Assembly: GCF_018350175.1 (NCBI RefSeq)
Contig: NC_058368.1
Coordinates: 73,162,001-73,226,000, forward strand
Direction of reading: 5' to 3'
Source of the DNA: Felis catus
Taxonomy: Eukaryota
DNA: 64,000 bases
The notes under the pieces were generated by a model. The model was not told where the DNA came from. It made no database searches and was given only the letters and a program-made list of their open reading frames with translations. Made by a program: the position numbers and the translations under genes. Of this stretch, positions 1-14,039 are shown piece by piece (the first letter of the stretch is position 1; every line of letters starts with the position of its first letter).

Positions 1-2250
1 CATTTTATTGCCCCTTAGAAGTCACTTGCTCAGGATATAATTTATAGAGCTTTTCACAAAATGGTGTTACTACCTGAAGTGAGGTCAAAGCAGACTTTTA
101 AGTAGATAATTGGAAAAAAAAGAAAGTGATGAATATTTCAACAAAGAATGGAGACTTTTATGAATCCTTGCTGGGAAGCAATTGAAATGTCACAGCCATC
201 TCAGCAGAAGGCAAAGGCAGACCCAGAAAGCATCACCTCTTCCTTAACACAACTTTCTGCTACTTACAACAGGTGATGCTACTTGCAACAATGATGCAAT
301 GTTCAACAAGATTGCCAAGTTCCTTCCAAGAATAACTGAAGCAATTATACATAAACTTGGAACTTCAGGTTTGAAATCCTTTTATTTGTCTGATCTTTAC
401 CAAACACAGTATTCAAAAAGCTCCTATCCACCTCTCACCTGACAAAAGAAAAGTGAGAATTAATGAGTCAAACATGGAGACTCCCCTAAGTTGTGTGTTA
501 CATAGAATCTATCATTAATAACGAGAAACCTGAAAAATTTTTCCATGTGGATAAAGATCTAGCAGTCTAGACAAAAATATACCAGCCTCAACACTTGAAA
601 GTATGATTATGCCCCTTTACCCTAAATGTCACGTATCCCACTGTCCACTCTCACTGAATCACACAACTGAAACGCAATTCCATTTCCATTAGTAGGGGAC
701 TGGTTAAATAAATTATCCTATTACTTTAAATACTATTTATTTTTGTATTTATTTCATCTCTTCTAAGTAGATTCCTACAGTGGAAAATTGGCAGCTATTT
801 TAAAAAATGATCCAATTCTCAATACACTGATATGGATTTCTGAAATTGAAATACAATTATAACTTATTAATTGAAAAAAGAAAATTTCATAACAATTTAT
901 AAAGTATGATTTTATTCTATAAAATACTAATATATATGTTTGTATATTCATTATAAACTATATAGAAAGAGAAGGAGATTCATTTGTGTAGATACTTATA
1001 AATATCTGCAAAACTGCATTTCAAACTGTCTCTACCAGTTGCAGAGGAATAGGGACCAATGTATGTTCTACATTGTAAATCTCAACTGTTCCATTTTAAC
1101 AAACTTGGACTACTTTTATTATAGTGTTTTTTTAATAAAAGTGTCCTAACTCCTGAGCAAGGTAAATTCCTCACACACCATCAAAGCCAGCAGGTTGCGT
1201 TCCTCCAGAGCACAGCTCACCACTTGCATTGTATTTACATCCATGTCATTCACAGTGTACCATGTAAGATCTCCTCCAGGAAGACAGGAGAGGCACCTGC
1301 ACACACACTCCAGAGATTTCTGGAGTGGGGACACAGAGGTCTACTGAGAGGGCCATTATGCTGTACGAGGTCACTGATCCCATGATACAAACCCACCAAT
1401 AGAACAGCCAAAGGTCCAGACATAAAAGAATACACTGTTTAATTCTGGAATTCTTATTCTTGCTGTAAAGAAAGCAAGTCAGTGTAGCAGTTAAAACAGC
1501 CTGTTTGAAGCCTGAACCTGGGGGCTGAGCAAACTGCTTTCCTGTGCCTTCTTTCACAGCCTGTAAGCTGAGGACATTAACAAGGACATTGTGAGGCAGA
1601 AGTGAGTTAGTGCAGAGAAAGTGCTTAGAACAGTTCCCAGAACATATTAAGTGTTCAATAAACATCATTTTTTGATAGTGTTCTTGTCTCTATGTCAATA
1701 GATGGGGGGAAGGGGTTTAAAATGGGGTTCCCCGAGTGCAGCTACTTTATAAATGTCTCAGACTAGCCAACTTCAGAAAGAAACATTCACATGAGCCCAC
1801 AAGATCTGGCTTATCATTCTCTAGAGCTAGATGTGTATATCTTGTAGGCATATATTAAATATATCAGCAATGACATGCCAAAGAATTGTATGATCAGAGA
1901 TGTCAGAATGGAAAGGCTTTTCATCAACAGCACCCTGATCATTTCTATTTTGATAGGAATATCTCACATCAGGAAAATCTTATTTCTAATGGGCAAAGGC
2001 TGAACTTGGTACAAAGAAAATTAGAGAGTGGCATTTGCTTTTGAAAATGATCATTTAAATTAACCGTAAATACCTTTGGTTTCTTCTACATAGTGATTGC
2101 CCATAAAACAGTTGACATATGAATCATTAACAAAAATCTGACCTGTGAATATATTTTCAGTAATACATCAATTATACGAAACAAAGAATTCCTCCATCAT
2201 GACTGTCTATGAACTTCACTAAGGCTCAATTTAAATAAGTTTTTGATAGT

Positions 2251-2461
2251 GGGGTGCCTGGGTGGCACAGCCAGTTGAGCACCCAACTATTGATTTCAGC
2301 TCGGGTCATGATCTCACAGGTGGAGAGATGAAGTCCCACATCAGGCTCTGTGCTCACAGTGCAGAGCCTGCTTGGGATTCTCTCTCTCCCTCTCTCCCTG
2401 CCTCTCCCCATGTGCTCATGTCCTCTGTCTCTCAGAATGAAAAATTTAAAAACTTAAAAAA
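2251..2461 (+). mobile_element. Can-SINE (SINEC, felid)
   Basis: GGGGTGCCTGGGTGGC head, CT-rich segment, A-rich tail. Confidence 0.92.
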
Positions 2462-2866
2462 GTTAGCTTTTGATATTTAGTAGGCCAAAATTATAAGAAT
2501 TTTCTAAAATATATTATTCTCTGGCGAACTTAGTGGATTTCCTTACGTATAGGCTCTTTACCATATACTGTCTTGCTAGGAGGCTTGATTATAAGCTAAT
2601 GTTAACAAAGATTCAAGGGGTGCAGTGGAGAGAGTGCACAAGCTGTCAGGGCTCAGTTCAGCCTATGATTCGAGCACCTTCATGAAGGTTAACATACGGT
2701 GTGTGTCTATGTGTGTGTGTGTGTGTACATGTGCAGGTATGTGTACACACGTGTGTGTTCTTACCTATCCATGTGAAAACACAGTAGGTGTGTTTTGGTA
2801 CACATTTGCTTCTATTTCCATGACATGGCATTCTCCACATGGGCCACAACATAAAAATAGATTCCT

Positions 2867-3100
2867 TTCTTGAAAAAAAAAATTTTTTTGTTAATGTTTA
2901 CTTTTTTAAAGGCAGAGAGAGACAGAGCATGAGCCTCACCAGAGAGGGGAAGAGAGAGAGGGTGACAGAGAATCCGAAGCAGCCTCCGAGCTCTGAGCTG
3001 TCAGCACAGAGCCCAACACGGAGCTCAAACCCACGAACAGTGAGATCATGGCCTAAGCTGAAGTCAGATGCTTAACCGACTGAGCCACCCAGGTGCCCCC
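2867..3100 (-). mobile_element. Can-SINE
   Basis: Reverse-complement SINEC; TSD AAAATAGATTCCTT on both sides. Confidence 0.93.
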
Positions 3101-3379
3101 AAAATAGATTCCTTAACCCAAATTAGAGCTCTATAATGAAGGCATTGAAAAGAAGGACTCAGATGACAAAGTTTCCTTATTCAAATTCTATAAATGCTTA
3201 CCTGTACACAACAATGAAAACTAGTTAAACCCTAGAAAAAAATCTGTTAATCAGATTCAGGTAAGATTTATAACCACCTAATATGTGCCAGGTATAATGC
3301 AAAAAATATACTTGTACACACTGCAGAAAAGCATATAAACTACAGTTACACCTTAATATTCCTCTCCACAGCCTTATCA

Positions 3380-3608
3380 TTTTTTTTTCAAAAATTTTTA
3401 ATGTTTATTTATTTTTGAGAGAGAGATAGAGAGACAGATCATGAAAAGAAGAGGGGCAGAGAGAGAGAGAGAGAGAGAACAGAACCCAAAGCAGGCTCCA
3501 GCTCTGAGCTGGAGCACAGAGCCCAACTTGGAGCTTGAACTCACAAACGATGAGATCATGACCTGAGCCGAAGTGGGACACGCAACCAGCTGAGCCACCA
3601 GGTGCCCC
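3380..3608 (-). mobile_element. Can-SINE
   Basis: Reverse-complement SINEC flanked by AG(C/T)CTTATCA. Confidence 0.93.
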
Positions 3609-3620
3609 ATAGTCTTATCA

Positions 3621-3833
3621 TTTTTTTTAACATTTATTTATTATTGAGAGACAGAGAGACACAGAGTGTGAGCAGGGGAGGGGTAGAGAGAGGAAGAGAC
3701 ACAGAATCTGAAGCAGGCTCCAGGCTCTGAGCTGTCAGCACAGAGCCCGACACAGGGCTCGAACTCACAAACTGCAAGATCATGACCTGAGCCGAAGTCG
3801 GTCGCCTAACCAACGAAGCCACCCAGGTGCCCC
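3621..3833 (-). mobile_element. Can-SINE
   Basis: Reverse-complement SINEC flanked by AGTCTTATCA. Confidence 0.93.
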
Positions 3834-6571
3834 AGTCTTATCATTTTTAAGACATAAAGTTCTTTCCACATTTGATGATTTACTCAAAATACCATAGAAA
3901 CCCGTGTTCCTATATACCTTGCTAGTCTTCAGAATACACAAACTGGATTTTGAATAAAAATGTCATTTCAACCCAAAATACAATGATGTTTTCTAAAACA
4001 AAGCTAAAGAGCTATGAATCCTAGAAACAGCTCTAACACACAAAAGAACGGATTTATAAGCCACTTGCAACTTCAGCCATCTGAACTCCGCTTCTATGCA
4101 GCAATAATTACATACTACTACTACATAACGCAATAACTTAGCATACGTGAAAAAGGGAAGTGTTGTGTGTAAAAACCTGGTGTGAAGGGGAATTAAAGCC
4201 ATGACATACCATGTTCTTTATATGAAATTACAGACTACATGTAGATACAATTACAAGAAGACTTTCTTAGGAACATTCTACAGATTTAAAAACTAATCTA
4301 TAAAATAATTAAAGTATTGACCCCCAAATGGGCACTGCTTGTACTACTTGAAGGCAAATAAACCCAAGCATTTTGGCCTAGATGTAAATATCTTGATTCG
4401 AAATTTTTAATGTCATGGAAGAGGTGGAGTGGGTTAAAAAGGAATAATAGAGCTTGTCTACAGCCTTTAAAGAGTAGGGAGATAATTTTAAGATAAACTG
4501 GTATTCTATGAAGTGCCAGTTACTTAGTGAACTTACTGCCCCAGGAGGTAGAACCCCCAGATGAAAATATAAATACTCAATTGTAAATGATAAAAATGCA
4601 AACATCTCTGGAAGTCAATGTCAAGGAGGAAAATGGTCACTCGCCTTAGCTAACCATTCATATCTGTATGAGAAGACCTCCAGAGACGGACAGTATTCTC
4701 CCTTGAAATATGATTCTGTTCTCATGCTTGGCCAACCCAGTTCCCCCCATACTCCATCCTAAATGTTGCACAGTCTACACACACATACACAACTGCACCA
4801 GCTGCAGACATGTTCCTTCTGATGTGCACAAAGCCCATCTTTCGTATAAGTGATGAAATGGACCATGAACACCAAGACATAAGCTATGGTCTCCACACCT
4901 GGGTCATAAACTGCAAAGCAAAGGAGATATTGGATTTCTTCTACATTTGAAGGTGATTCTAAAATGTCTCCTAGTCAAATTATATCATTAGTCTATAGAA
5001 TTTATAATGGAAATAAAAGGAGAGTGGGTGAAGACCTCCATTCAAAATTGCAGAAAAATCATATCTCAGTGTCTTAATAAATTAAGGGATAACTTCTAAC
5101 ATACTACAGCAGTAGTTCATTCGCTCTCTTCAGAACATCCTATTTCATGATAGACAGGTCAGAGCAATTCCCAAAGAAAAATAAATTTGTCAACAGCATG
5201 TCAAATACTCAGCATTCTTGTCCTGCAATTATCTGTGACCCAGGAGGAGCATAAGCTTAAACATGATGGATTTTTTTTCTCTCAAGTAACAGTCCAAGCG
5301 TAAGCCATCCAGGGTTGACATGGCAATTTCATAGTGTCAGGAACCCAGGCCCCTTGGGCTTCTTTGTCCTTTGAATTCATGTTCTCTCCTCTATTCCCAT
5401 GACTACTGTCTTAGTTCAGGACTTCATCTTCTCTTATTTGGACTATTGTCATGGCCTTTTTTTCTGGGATCATTGCTTCATGGCAGCTTCCTTACTACTT
5501 CCAGAAACTGGTCTAATCTGATTATTTCCAGAAGAGTCTAAATTCATTACCAGGAGAGTGAAAGCCCTTCAAAATGATGGCCTGAGTTCACCATTTCTTC
5601 TCCATTTCCAGCCATTCTCTCCCACTGGAAGTATCACCATTTTCCAAACACTTCACAAACTTTTGCTCCTTCCTCATTTTGCTAAATGGGAACTTCCCTC
5701 TTCACCTCTATTCTGTCCTTCTTCTGCTCCCTCGTTCTTCAAGGCACATGCTGAATGTTATCTCATTTGCTAAATGTTATCTCCTCTATGAGCTCTTCTG
5801 ACTTCCGCCCACCAAAACTGAATTCAATAAATATTTAATGAGCATAAAGTAATGTAAGGCTGAGAGATCCTGAGATGAAAAACAGTGCTTCCGCCCTAGA
5901 GGTTAAATATTTAGCAGATGAGATGGAAACTTTACTCATCATAATAAAACATTATCAACAGGATAGCTGCAATATGAATGGAATAATGTGGGCGCACTTA
6001 ATCTTGCCCACAGGCAAAATCAACTGTTCTATGTACAATAGCACTTTGTTCACTTAGTACTTGTATGTTCAATAAACATGTTTGGATCTCTCTTCCCTGC
6101 CGAATTACGAGTTTGTTGAAAACAGAAACAATGCTACCCACACCATTATTGTATTAGTTGCCAAAATAAATAAAATGGATTTCATTTTGACACTCACTTA
6201 TAAACTCTGTACAATTACAGGGGAAAGGTTCAAACTTTAACCATACTGTAATGTAAAAATTTTAAAACCAGATTAAAATAATACTGAGTTATCTTTAGTC
6301 ACATCATGAAGGGAAAAAAAAAATACCAGTTAAATACAAGTGGAAAAGATTTCTTTTCTGAGGTATTGAAAGAGAAAAAGAATTTACCTTCCATAGGAAA
6401 AATAGTTAAAAATAATGAACATGTTAGGAAAACTAAACCTTTACACACAATGCTTTTCAAGCTACTATAGATTGATTTGACTTTATCATCACATGAAACA
6501 CAATACAAATTGGTTGCTTGAAGAAACATATACATGTTAAAGAAAAACATTTAAAAATCAGAGATATTTAT

Positions 6572-6808
6572 GGGCTGCCTGGGTGGCTCAGTCGGGTAAG
6601 CGTCCGAGTTCAGCTCACGTCATGATCTCAAGGTTTGTGAGTTCGAGCCCTGCGTAGGGCTCTGTACTAACAATTCAGAGCCTGGAGCCTGCTTCAGATT
6701 CCGCGTCTCCTCCTCTCTGTGCCCCTCCCAAGCTCATGCTCTGTCTCTCTCTGTCTCAATAATAAATAAACGTTAAAAATTTTTTTACATAAATAAAAAA
6801 TAATAATA
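6572..6808 (+). mobile_element. Can-SINE
   Basis: SINEC head and tail; TSD TAAAAATCAGAGA(T/G)ATT. Confidence 0.93.
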
Positions 6809-9800
6809 AAAATCAGAGAGATTGAGATGTAATTCAAGCTCTTCTAATCATATGCAAAACTAATGTAATCCAACACTCAAATAGTTAACTGACTTAGCAT
6901 TTAGATGAGTAGATTGTGGACTTCCATTATTGTTGTTGCTAATTTATTTCTAGAGGAAACATACTCTTATTCATTTATTTAAAAAAAAACACTCATTTAG
7001 GTTGGCATTAATTTCCTCATTTTGTAAGAAAAAGAAAGTGACTCTGGGAGAGGTTCAGCAGTTTTCTGCATTTCGTATGGTAGGTCAACTGGGAAATCAG
7101 AAATAGGACTCCAGCCTATTCCACGAGACAATAAATGTTCAAAGAGCTTTGTAAACTATAAAGAGCTATAAAAATGTGGGTTCTGTACAAGCTTGATTAG
7201 AATACCATGTGTTCAAATATACTTCAACTAAATTATTACAAGAGACTCCTTTTCCCATAGCATGATACTGCCATTAAGATGACTGTGTATTGTTACTCCA
7301 AAAGGAAAAGCAAAAGGCATTCCCTTGAACTGAAGAAAATACGTGATTTTTTTTTTTAATGTGATGTTTCTATCATCCACTTGTGACAGCTGCTGGAAGC
7401 TCTTTATTTGTCCTATTGCCATTTTGAATGGTTTGATTGATTTCCTTTCCATCCACCCCCACAAGCTGATAGCCAAGATTCCTTATCCTCATATTTAACA
7501 TTAAACAAGGAGATAATTCCATTTTTCAGGGGAATGGAACTCAGTGCCCTGCAGCATTCTGACAAGAGTCTCTCAGTGTATTTTGCTTTGAAGGAAGGTC
7601 TTACTGTGATTTAACTGCATCTGAATGTCTTAGCCCCAAAATACACTCTCAGCTGAAATGGAGGTAGCGCCAAACAAGTGATTTTAGATCCTTTGGAGAC
7701 CCTGGTTCCTGGTAGTGAATCTGAGGGAAAGAATGTCATTGTTACTTTTTTATTACAGAGCAGTTGCTTAAGCGCCCCTGGATTTTGTTCTCAGCTTTTC
7801 AAACTAGTTGCCGACAGCACGAATGTGCCCATCCATATTGATGTGATAGCACTGATTTCCTTAGGAAACACTCAAATGGTCAAGAACAATTGTTGTTGCA
7901 AAATACATTTCAGGGGGCCATGCTTGAGGTTAAGGGCAATCAGAAAGGCTTTGCCCTGACACTACTTTCACACTGATTTGTTCTTATGGTTTCAAAAATT
8001 TTCTAGCAGGCCAAAACCTCACAGCAGACTCCATTTAACCTTAGAAAGTTGCTAGCACATTCACAGTAACTCCGACTGAAGGATTCTTCTGTAGGCTCCA
8101 TCGGTTCAGCAGTTTCAGATCGTAGCCCCTCTTTAGTTCTTCAATGTTTCATGCTTCAGTATGTCTACTATTTACTACTGCTGAGAAAAAAGGAATTGTG
8201 GCAAATGAAGGACTTAATAGGCATTTCCGTATTTGCCACTTAAACCTAATAATATTTCACTTTTGTGACAATGAATCTTTGGATTTTGGATTATAAATGG
8301 CACAAATGGGCCCTTGATAACAAACTCTAAGCTTGCTTTCAATAAGAGGCACCCAGCCCTCACTGAAACCATCCCTAGCCCCACACTGACTGTGGCCCGG
8401 AAACCAGTCTCCCGAACGCCCCTGTTCAGCTCCCCCACCGTTGGTCAGCAGCACACGGCAGATGCAGACCCCAGTGTCTATGGGAGAACAGCCAGAAGGG
8501 ACCAGAAACCCCATGCTATGAGCAAGCTGCAAGCCTTATGTTTAGTCACAAAATCCACGTGGCCTAAGTTTTTAGGTCTGACCTGTTTTCCCAACTGGGG
8601 TGTGAGCTAGTCCAGCCCCAAGGAAAAGTTCTCTGTTAAAAATTCACTCAATTCCCACACTCTTGCTCTGTTTTCTTCCTTCCTTCACACCGCCGGTGCC
8701 TCCACTCTGGGAACCCATGTTTCCATGATCTAATTATTAAGCAGGACTGGCCCTCGTACTACGTCATCCTCTACTCACACCGGCCAGACATTCACTCGGA
8801 AGAAACAGATTTCTTAAGCTCTGTTCAGTCATGACTCCTTGCCATCTTAGTACTCCAGGGATACCCAGAAGGCCATCCAAGGACCCCGAGCTGAGGCCTT
8901 GGAAATGGAAAGATCCGTAAGTTTATCTGGAGACAGAACCCCCAGACTCAAAGTCCAGTTTTGTCCCTTACAAACTATAAGGCTCTAAGCAATCAGTTAA
9001 AAACCTTTGCGGTTTTCTCATTTACAAAATTCTTGCTATCACCACCTCCCTGGGTTCTAACAACAAAAATTGTTACATACATCAAAATTTTATAATTATG
9101 TACACCTACGTAGCATAAAGTATGTCTTTTATTTAGAAACCTTGGAGTTATCTTTGAGTCATTTTCATTTATGTCCCCAAATCTGTTTATGCTCCTTCAA
9201 CGCATCTAACTTTGACTTACCCATCTTGCTCCAGTCCTTATCTCTGAACCTCATTCTCTGCTTCCCAGCTATGCAATGTTATATATGAAAAAATAAACAT
9301 AAATGCACACATACAAAGTCTCTATGCCTCTGTATGTAAACATATGTGAATAAGTATATGTGAACTTATATTCATATATCCCCCTGACTTGGCTATGTTT
9401 CTGGTAGATAACCTTGTTTCCAACAATAATGCATTGTTTGATCTAAACGATGTTCTCTCTCTTATCATTTGCCCAAATGGTACAAAGTAAGCCAAGAGAG
9501 AAAATTCAGAGCATGTATATAAAGAGAACATATGCTAATAGGTGGAGGGGGGAAATGGGCATTAATAAACAATGAAGAGGCTTTTGTTAGGAAAATCTCC
9601 TCTCATCCAACAGAATAAGATTTTGAAATAAAGATATTAAGGAAACGTTAAACAGAATAGTACCCTGTTGCCTTTAACAAAGGTTCACAGACTACTGACT
9701 CTGGCAAGAGCTGACCCACAACCCAACTGTCTTCTTCGCAGTACCTTGGGAAACACGGGGATCCCCAGCTTCAAACCCACTTCTAAAAGACTGTGCAACA

Positions 9801-10599
9801 TTCAAGAGTAAAATATGAGCAGTTAAAAGACTTAAAGGCAAAATAATATTATACATCCCATACCAGCGTTCAGAATTCTGAATTGCGATATTTCTGAAAT
9901 ACACTTATAAATATGCCATGTTCGTTGATTAATAATCTAACCATCAACAAACAACAATATACAATCACATAAAAATGCCAAGGCATGGCATCTAGGACAT
10001 AATTTAATCTGTGACCCACGCATAGATTTGGCGAATATTTTGTTGCATCAGTGGCGCCGGAATAATAGAGCTGACACGTGGCTGCCTGCCATCCACTGCA
10101 ACATTACCCTTTTTACAAACCCCGCCTTTCTTCTGCCCAGCAATGCCGCACTGACTGAAACACTGAAAGTACTGAAAACTTGTCCTCGCCAAGAAGCCAG
10201 CACCTCTCTCTCTATCCTACAATAAACTGTTAATAAAAACATCCTGGCTTGTTCCTCCTCAGAACTTCAACATGTGACTTAAAACATAATCTCAAGCAGG
10301 TAATACCTTAAAGCAGAAAAATACATGTGTTGGAAAGTAAATTACAAAACTTGTCTCTTCTGAACTTAGCACGGGGTTATCATTTTTTAGTACAGACCTT
10401 TACATTGAAGCTCCTTGAAACCTACTAGACTGAATAATGAGGCTTATTCAATTACATTTCCTTAAGATACTATTATGTGACCATCACTGTGAAATGTACT
10501 CCTTTATAATTCGGCCACTTTTAAAACTCACTGTCAGAAATAGGAAGAATCCCAGAGTTGAAAGAAAAATATAATGAAAGGAAGCAATCCAAAAAGGCC

Positions 10600-11128
10600 T
10601 GTAGTGTCTATTTCTGCATGACAGACCACCCCAAAGCTCGGCAGCTTACACTAGCAGTAAACATTGATGGTCTTACACAGTTTCTGTGGGTCAAGAATTA
10701 TGTCGGAGTATCTTTAGCCCAGTGGTTCTAGATCACGGTCTCTCACGGGGTTGCTGCCAAGCTGTTGGTCTGGCTGGCCTCAGTCATCCCAAGGCTGGTG
10801 GACTGACTCTTCTTTGAAGATGGCTCACACTCATGGATGGCAAGTTCTAGGTGTAGGCAGGAGGCTTCAGCTCCTGACTCTATGGAAACTCCATAGAGCT
10901 GCTTTAATGTCCTTACATTATGGCAGCTGGCTTTCCCCAGAGCAGGTGATCCAAGAGAACAAGAAGGAATCACTAGGTCTTTTATGACCTAGTCTCAAAA
11001 GTCATACTTTGTCATTTCCGCAAGACTGTTATTTGTTACACAGGTTAGCTCTGTTGACTGAGGAAGGAAAATGTGTAAGGGTATGAATACCAGCTCGGCA
11101 CACCTCAGCTTGGAGGTTGGCTACCACA
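10600..11128 (-). mobile_element. MaLR LTR, MLT1F-like
   Basis: Reverse complement starts TGTGGTAGCCAACCTCCAAG; typical MLT1 motifs (CACAGTTTCTGTGGGTCAAGAAT, AAGATGGCTCACACTCATGG). Confidence 0.8.
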
Positions 11129-11332
11129 GATCCACACGTACCTCCAAACCACCAAAATATGCAGTACGTGTGGGAGGGTGGAGATAGAGGGTATAGAAAT
11201 GTTCCTTGGGCTGAAAGAGACCTCATTTCAGGAAATAAGTGAGTTACGCCAATTACTAAGTGAGCAATTGGGGAACATGATCTAACTCCTTTGAACATCA
11301 GTCTTCTCTGTTTTACAATGAGGTCATAAGAT

Positions 11333-11730
11333 TGTAGCAGACCCAGTACCGTTCACCACTGCCTATGTGCTTTCTTACATTCCCATCCTCCTGACTACGA
11401 GGTGGAACCATGTGACTAGCTCCTGCCAATGGGTTCTGACGTAGAGTGATATGTGTCACTTCCAGGCTGAGGCTTTATAACCCATGCCTGAGTCTCCTGT
11501 GACTTTTCCCCACCTCAACAACCGCTAACTGCAGACAGCAGAACTGCAACATGGCGGTGTTTTCCCTTGACCCTGACTGGTAACAACCACAAGGAGAGAC
11601 CATCTTGGAAAGCCAACCTGGCACCATAGTAAATTTGGTCTGAGTGAAAAACAAACCTTTACATTATCTGGCCACTGAGATTTTGGATCTGTTTGATACC
11701 ATACATATCTAATTCACATACCTAAAATAA
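11333..11730 (+). mobile_element. MaLR LTR, MLT1 (H/J-like)
   Basis: CCATGTGACTAG...GCCAATGG...GTGATATGTGTCACTTCCAGGC and GCCACTGAGATTTTGG motifs. Confidence 0.7.
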
Positions 11731-13915
11731 TGAAATTAATTTTGAGAATTAAATGAGAATATACATAAACTCCTAACACAGTATCTAACACATGATAGGC
11801 ATTTTACCATGTCAATTCCAAAAAAAAAAAAGAAGTAATATTTACCTCACAAGATTAAAAGAAATAAAATAACTGAAAAATACCTGAAAAATTTTACCAC
11901 AAATGAGGTAATGTAATAATAGTTTAAAATATAATAACTTATACTACACTATATAATATAGTAATAATATAATAAGTTTATAATATAATAAAAATACCTG
12001 AAAATGTTTACCACAAATGAGGTAATAAACTTTAGGGAGGTTTTTTTTTCCTTCTTTCTTCTCACTTGTGATCAGAGGTGATTCACAAGGTCTTTTTGCT
12101 CTACATTCAAAGCTTCAGAGTTCCTGGAAAGCTAACATACCACGCTTATTTGATAGTTGCAGCAAAATATCATGTTTTCTATTAGAACAAAAAACGCATG
12201 AGAGAAATGATCATAGTTTCAAAGATTTTACCAATGTTGACAATAATGCAAAGGCTTCATTTCAGAATGGCTCTAAATTAGTCATTATTTCCTTCCATAT
12301 AAAGAAAACGTCATTCACTCTCTTTCTAATGTTGGTAAGTGCCACCCTTCAGGGCTTTTGTCCCAGGAGAACTACATAGAAAGTGACTTGACCTATGGCA
12401 CTTCTAAACTCAATAACATAAAAAGGTGAAGTGTAATTGGATCCTCAGGACCTAAATGAATATAAGACAATAATGAGAGTTGTTTTCTTTAAGAGAATCC
12501 AGCCATTTGTATGCCAACAGTCATTACACCATTTCACAGGATTTGTTGCGGAGAAATTTCACCGAGAATGTATTGTGAGCTCTCAGGCAACACACTAGTA
12601 CAACTCATCTGCTTCCTCGTGGAAACACCAGTCACACGTATCTTTGCGATATAAGCCATGGGATGGTGAGCCCATCTGTCATGTGCCCAGACCACACAGC
12701 CTACCAATGGAGCATTGGTGTCAGTGGGGTGTGGCTTCTCAGCCACATGGAGGCTCAGGACGCTTCGGTGTTCTTCTGTCACGGTGCTTCACGGAAAGCT
12801 GCAGGCCATAGCCAACATGCCCACTGCAGCACAGAAACAGACTCTCCTCAGCTCAAGTGAAAAGATAAATTGCCCAGTCCCTTCTGCTTTCCCCTGTGGT
12901 AGCCCAAGATCAAGGGAAATGAGAGGTGACTGTTGAGAATGCAGGTGCAGCATCTCAAACTCTCGGTGATCTGACAGACCAGCGTTGCTCTTTTCTGTGT
13001 GTTCCTTGTGCTGTGAATTCAGTGTGCAAGTGGTGCTGAGTCATGGTGACAGCATCTTACTGCAGACATCCTCAAATGGGATGTTACAAGGTCGTGCTCT
13101 CGCCCTACTCCGTGGCCATGTGGCTCTTTACCTGTTCAAGGTTAAGCGTTCCCGCCTGAGGGCCTGGGTGTTTGAGGCCCTATTCAACACCTTCTCCACT
13201 GGTGTGCTTACCTTAATCACTAATGTCAAATGAAACTTACAATCAAAAACCATTAGGAGGCATCTCCGTGAAAAAACTTGTACAGAAAAATTGAGTATAA
13301 GAATGCATGTGTAATGGTATTTAAATAGTGCATTGTCCGTGTATAAAGTAATACACTTCTTGCAACATGAAAGGCTTTCTATTAGCATCACTGTTTGTTG
13401 CTTCTTTGTCTCAGGTTTTACGATTTAAGCATTGAACCATGAACTCAAAGTCCACAATTTGGTCTGTCTCAAATTTCCCTAGCACTGAATTCTTTTCATT
13501 GCAAAATGGAAAGAACAATTGTATTGGCCCATCAAAAAATTAAAAGGACTGTAGACAATCACATTTTAAGGTAAATGGTAATAATTACAAAGCATGAAAC
13601 ATTATTAAACACAAAGATTAATTTTAATGAAATCATTATATTATCAGACACCTGGATTATTCTATTTAACATCAAATGGGGTGAAGAATGAATTTCCCAT
13701 CATGCATCCTAGGTTATTCCTGTAATACTCAATAGATTTATCAAAATAATAATAAAGTACTGATATACAAATATGCCCTATCTTAGGCATTTTGTGTTTC
13801 TTGTTTAAATTTAACAAGAATTTACTGGGCATTGTTTAATGTGTTGTGGGGAAACAAACAAAAGTGTTAGGAAAGGGTTCCTATCTCTAATGATGTTAAG
13901 GGCTTGGAGAAATAA

Positions 13916-13949
13916 TACACACACACACAGACACACACACACACACACA
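13916..13949. repeat. (CA)n microsatellite
   Basis: Direct observation, one interruption. Confidence 0.95.
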
Positions 13950-14039
13950 ACTTATCTCTACCTTTTGTCCTCAAAACTTCTATCCCTATGCCCCCCCCCA
14001 AAAAAATAACCAAAAAAATTGTTCAAATCCTAATAATTC

